From Diadema antillarum (lineage: Eukaryota), in the NCBI RefSeq assembly GCF_040938485.1, contig NW_027271606.1, positions 62,001 to 126,000 on the forward strand: a stretch of 64,000 nucleotides of DNA, written 5' to 3'. Position numbers and translations under genes: made by a program. The notes beneath the pieces were generated by a model that worked only from the letters and a program-made list of their open reading frames with translations, had not been told where the DNA came from and did not search any database. Below, in pieces: positions 62,001 through 64,000 of this stretch (positions within the stretch are counted from its first letter, which is position 1; the number at the start of each line of letters is the position of its first letter).

Positions 62001-64000
62001 TGGTGATGATGATGATGATGATGACACTGATAATGTGAAATTAATAATCATCTTACCACAAAAAGCCTCGTCTGAACCATCCGTACAGTCAGCCTCATAG
62101 TCGCAGTATTTGTTGCTGTCTATGCACTCATCGTTGTCACACTGCCATTTCCCAGCCCCACAAGGACCAATGGTGGACGACGCTGGAGTGGTGACTCCCT
62201 GTGGCAGGCCACCTGGTGGTAAAATGATGGTGACACATACTCAACAATATGAGAATCTCACAGATGTTGTGGCCTGGTGGTTGTGTGCCTTTAACTGGAA
62301 GAACTAGAGTTCCAGTCCTGCCAAGGCATTTGTGCAAGTGAGCAAGACACTTACAGCACTAGAACTTTCTCACTGGGTGCCATGTGGTCTATGAAACCCT
62401 TTTCCTCTGACCCTACATTCCCAAAACAAACTTGTTCTGTACAATTCACAACTCGAGCACCACCTTCTCTTTCAGTCCCACATGTGTTTGTAGTTGTTGG
62501 GATTTGTAACTGATAGAATACTACTGTACATTAGTGTTCTTTGTAATACAAGTAGGGCCTATATCTCAAGTTTTTATGAGTTGTTATGTCTTGCCAATTT
62601 GGCAAAGCATATGGGCGGTTTTGTCAATTCTGAAATGCTATTCACAAATTCATTCCATCACTATTTCAATCAAAACTTAGAAGTAATGAAGTGTGCATAT
62701 TGCCTACACCCAGGCAACATACCGGTACTGTAAAAGTGGAATTTTTCGCAGTGTTGAAATTTTCGCACATTTCGCGCGACCAGAAGCTAGCGCGAAAATA
62801 AAAGCACGCAAATATTTTTGTGTGCCGTATGTTCCGGAAGTTGATGTCTTGATTTCGCGGAAATAAAAACATGCAAGACTCTTCTAACCCGGCCAAGCGC
62901 AAAAAATTAGTCGCACAAAAATATCCACTTTTACAGTACTTTAATATCAGCACATGTCAAACAAGGACCTCACCTGATGTTTTGACGCAGTCTGGTGTAA
63001 ACGAAGTATCGTCGATTCCTATGTCACCATACGGACCATCGCCTCTGATTGCCTCTATTACAATCTGGAGAATGGATCAGTCAATACTTGCACTTTATAC
63101 AAATATAATGACTTCCATGCTAGTCTTTTGTAATTTTCTGTTGTCCATTTCTGAGAACACTAATTTGCTCAGTCTATTCTGAGACTGAACCTGATTGTAA
63201 CCATCTGTGATTCTTCTTACGTGGTTGAGTTCGGGGTTTTTTTTCATAAGGATCACGCTTTAATGACTTTTTGCCTTTGGTCAATTGGTCCAAGTTCCAT
63301 TAACTCATTAAAGGCAGTACAATAGGGCAGCCAATCTCTGCAGATCTCATAATATGATGATTTGTAGAAATAAAATTTTATTTCATGTCGAAAATTATAA
63401 TCAGGCTGTCAAATGGAAATTCACATACTAACCAGGCAAATGCAATTTTGAGACATATACAAGCACGTACAATGTGTACATATCACTCTATCAACACTGA
63501 TGAAAAAAGAAAGCACACTAAAACGAAGAACATTCCAATAGCTTTGATACAGACTGAATAAGATCTTAAGATATTGAAATATATGTCATAATGAATGAAC
63601 AGATATACATGTACATTACAGCAATGTACTGTCCAAGAGCTCTTTTGGGAGGAGACATTAAAGAAAAAGAGAAGAAATAGAAGAAACTCTTTATTGCACT
63701 CGACGTGCCGCGTTTCAATTCAATTCAATAGTTTATTTATTTCCATCATCACAAAGAAAAGAAAAGAAAAAGTTGACATAATCCAAAGTGATACAATTTT
63801 TTTTTTCATTTCTCTTAATTTCTTCAATAAACTATTGAATCAAATTGAAACGCGGCACGTCGAGTGCAATAAGAAACTCTTTCTAACCTGGAAGTTTGAG
63901 GTGATGGAGCTAGGGATGCCTACGTCTACCAGCTCCCAATAATCATTGGAGTGACCTGTCTTGGTCCAGAGGATGTTCATGTAGCCTCCAATGGAGGTAC
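43922..64000 (-). CDS. MAM and LDL-receptor class A domain-containing type I membrane protein (MALRD1/MAMDC4-like), 5'-partial, 23 exons, 1037 aa in window
   Basis: 23 GT-AG exons join in phase (3116 nt). They encode one partial plus four complete MAM domains (CxFE..C, DW, DHT, FWY, iaiDDixFxxxC), four LDLa repeats (DCxDxSDE type), a T/P-rich stalk, a hydrophobic TM segment and an NPGY tail. Orthology to a named vertebrate gene is not established. Confidence 0.93.
44339..44630. repeat. ~57 bp minisatellite x5
   Basis: GGGGTGAAAGGTCAC...GTGATTTTCAGAGTTAG repeated. Confidence 0.9.
45619..45694 (-). CDS. MAM-LDL exon, cytoplasmic tail with NPGY
   Basis: 76 nt, phase 2/0. Confidence 0.88.
46169..46412. 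repeat. 20 bp minisatellite x~12, abutting the TM-exon splice donor
   Basis: GACCCCTCACATCAACATTT repeated. Confidence 0.95.
46416..46509 (-). CDS. MAM-LDL exon, transmembrane helix (LIIVLCVVLGTLAIIFVIAAVFLW-KRR)
   Basis: 94 nt, phase 1/2; hydrophobic run followed by a basic stop-transfer cluster. Confidence 0.9.
47418..47528 (-). CDS. MAM-LDL exon, T/P/R-rich stalk (EMTTGRRPPG...GTDN)
   Basis: 111 nt, phase 1/1, ctccag / gtgagt. Confidence 0.8.
48448..48580 (-). CDS. MAM-LDL exon (VIIEG...LAVDDISFTPDC + T/P stalk)
   Basis: 133 nt, phase 0/1. Confidence 0.92.
48641..48765. repeat. Compound (CTA/CTG)n microsatellite
   Basis: Direct read; explains the poly-Y/poly-S/poly-V spurious ORFs. Confidence 0.9.
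49055..49219 (-). CDS. MAM-LDL exon (MRFYYY...QGLMW...VFQ), MAM
   Basis: 165 nt, phase 0/0. Confidence 0.92.
50122..50219 (-). CDS. MAM-LDL exon (YYMVID...GEKARLGS...DCK), MAM
   Basis: 98 nt, phase 1/0; absent from the ORF track. Confidence 0.9.
50629..50769 (-). CDS. MAM-LDL exon (QCNFEGSMCDW...YDHT), MAM start
   Basis: 141 nt, phase 1/1. Confidence 0.92.
51369..51591 (-). CDS. MAM-LDL exon (ILIEAG...AIDDIRFDNC + LDLa with DCC)
   Basis: 223 nt, phase 0/1. Confidence 0.93.
51982..52244 (-). CDS. MAM-LDL exon (IYYYVDG...AALVSP...FPCLTDFQ), MAM
   Basis: 263 nt, phase 1/0. Confidence 0.93.
52722..52900. mobile_element. Second TA-CTGTA/CCGTA-type MITE family; fuller copy at ~54640-54885
   Basis: Shared TACTGTA.ATGCCATA, GTACAGTACTGAACAGA and ATTTGCAAATAGCA.CTGA blocks. 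Confidence 0.55.
53287..53597 (-). mobile_element. Penelope-like retroelement remnant (GIY-YIG C-terminus plus pseudo-LTR)
   Basis: Minus strand reads SILARDSVKTSRWI/(frameshift)EAIHFHKQQGKTFNRDLGQ*AYSLSSIYDPIL; perfect 23-bp inverted repeat at 53287-53309 / 53575-53597, as in tail-to-tail PLE insertions. Confidence 0.8.
53333..53374 (-). ncRNA. Minimal type I hammerhead-ribozyme-like motif in the Penelope pseudo-LTR
   Basis: GAU-CUGAAGA-A-GCCUA(loop)UAGGU-GAAA-GUCUC-AUC: catalytic core, 5-bp stem II with one G-U pair, palindromic mini stem III, 3-bp stem I. Confidence 0.6.
53721..53861 (-). CDS. MAM-LDL exon (VCDFEDDMCSW...GPDSDHTTG), MAM start
   Basis: 141 nt, phase 1/1. Confidence 0.92.
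54896..55015 (-). CDS. MAM-LDL exon, LDLa (CGDPNQRACDDGTCI...DCDDLSDEADC)
   Basis: 120 nt, phase 1/1. Confidence 0.92.
55330..55450 (-). CDS. MAM-LDL exon (VYFEGVSGG...IALDDIVFSPGC), MAM end + linker
   Basis: 121 nt, phase 0/1. Confidence 0.92.
55565..55780 (-). mobile_element. Degenerate tRNA-derived SINE; similar heads at ~60280-60365 (-) and ~62265-62420 (+)
   Basis: B-box-like GAGTTTGAATGCC in the head; LINE-like tail GAGCAGTCGCAACACTGAAGAGGCTACCCTGGTTAAA. Confidence 0.4.
55993..56157 (-). CDS. MAM-LDL exon (LVFWYFMYG...QGDLW...KFM), MAM
   Basis: 165 nt, phase 0/0. Confidence 0.92.
56707..56807 (-). CDS. MAM-LDL exon (HYRYLVS...KVARLNS...DCQ), MAM
   Basis: 101 nt, phase 1/0. Confidence 0.9.
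57171..57320 (-). CDS. MAM-LDL exon (MCNFEQGTVCDW...VDHT), MAM start
   Basis: 150 nt, phase 1/1. Confidence 0.92.
58141..58330 (-). CDS. MAM-LDL exon (ILFTAF...AIDDVTFDQC + LDLa DDCGDRTDEQSC)
   Basis: 190 nt, phase 0/1. Confidence 0.92.
58708..58851 (-). CDS. MAM-LDL exon (MADLSNEFRV...GIGRIVTSYQ), MAM; acceptor lies in a tandem repeat
   Basis: 144 nt, phase 0/0 only with the acceptor at 58852-58853; gtatac donor. Confidence 0.85.
58827..59102. repeat. 54-59 bp tandem repeat x5 containing the intron/exon junction of exon 58708-58851
   Basis: Units start at 58827, 58881, 58940, 58998 and 59056. Confidence 0.95.
60084..60205 (-). CDS. MAM-LDL exon (GYYMTI...CEMSFWYKCS), MAM
   Basis: 122 nt, phase 1/0, ttgcag / gtgagt. 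Confidence 0.9.
61011..61124 (-). CDS. MAM-LDL exon (TCSFEQGLCG...), MAM start
   Basis: 114 nt, phase 1/1. Confidence 0.9.
62057..62212 (-). CDS. MAM-LDL exon, linker + LDLa (CGAGKWQCDNDECI...DCTDGSDEAFC)
   Basis: 156 nt, phase 1/1, six-Cys LDLa. Confidence 0.93.
62974..63064 (-). CDS. MAM-LDL exon (IVIEAIRGDGPYGDIGIDDTSFTPDC), MAM end
   Basis: 91 nt, phase 0/1, ctccag / gtgagg. Confidence 0.93.
63693..63870. mobile_element. 178 bp unclassified hairpin element with 45-bp inverted termini and a 12-bp direct flank
   Basis: IR 63693-63737 / 63826-63870 (43/45 match); AAGAAACTCTTT at 63681-92 and 63871-82. Confidence 0.75.
63888..64000 (-). CDS. MAM-LDL exon, truncated by window edge (TSIGGYMNILW...SNFQ), MAM
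   Basis: CAG|gttaga donor; MAM-like LWxxxGxxxxxW. Confidence 0.85.

Noticed and set aside
60280-62420. tRNA genes
   Set aside because: Only degenerate A/B-box heads without a cloverleaf; better explained as SINE remnants.

Overview
AT-rich, intron-rich animal genomic DNA. The repeat types and gene content suggest a marine invertebrate, plausibly an echinoderm; this is inference. I assembled two convergent multi-exon genes by hand from GT-AG boundaries with consistent exon phases; both begin outside the window. (1) Plus strand: 7 coding exons (9520-33983, 319 aa in window) of a divergent adenylate/NMP-kinase-like protein lacking the canonical catalytic arginines, followed by a probable ~5 kb 3' UTR. 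(2) Minus strand: 23 coding exons (64000 down to 43922, 1037 aa in window) of a type I membrane protein with alternating MAM and LDL-receptor class A domains, a Thr/Pro-rich stalk, one TM helix and an NPxY tail (MALRD1/MAMDC4-like). The introns are a mosaic of non-autonomous transposons, classified by termini and TSD: a 3.07 kb CCC...GGG foldback-like element built of roughly 100-150 GTACCACAG modules; Kolobok-like and piggyBac-like TTAA elements; Tc1/mariner-like TA elements; Harbinger-like CWG elements, one holding LINE fragments; a Helentron-type HINE carrying four RFX X-boxes; a Penelope remnant with a hammerhead-ribozyme core; and an unclassified hairpin element with a 12-bp TSD. A five-fold tandem duplication spans a splice acceptor of the MAM-LDL gene, and only the last copy keeps the reading frame. 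Most ORFs in the supplied track are spurious. No database searches were possible and all counts were made by eye.
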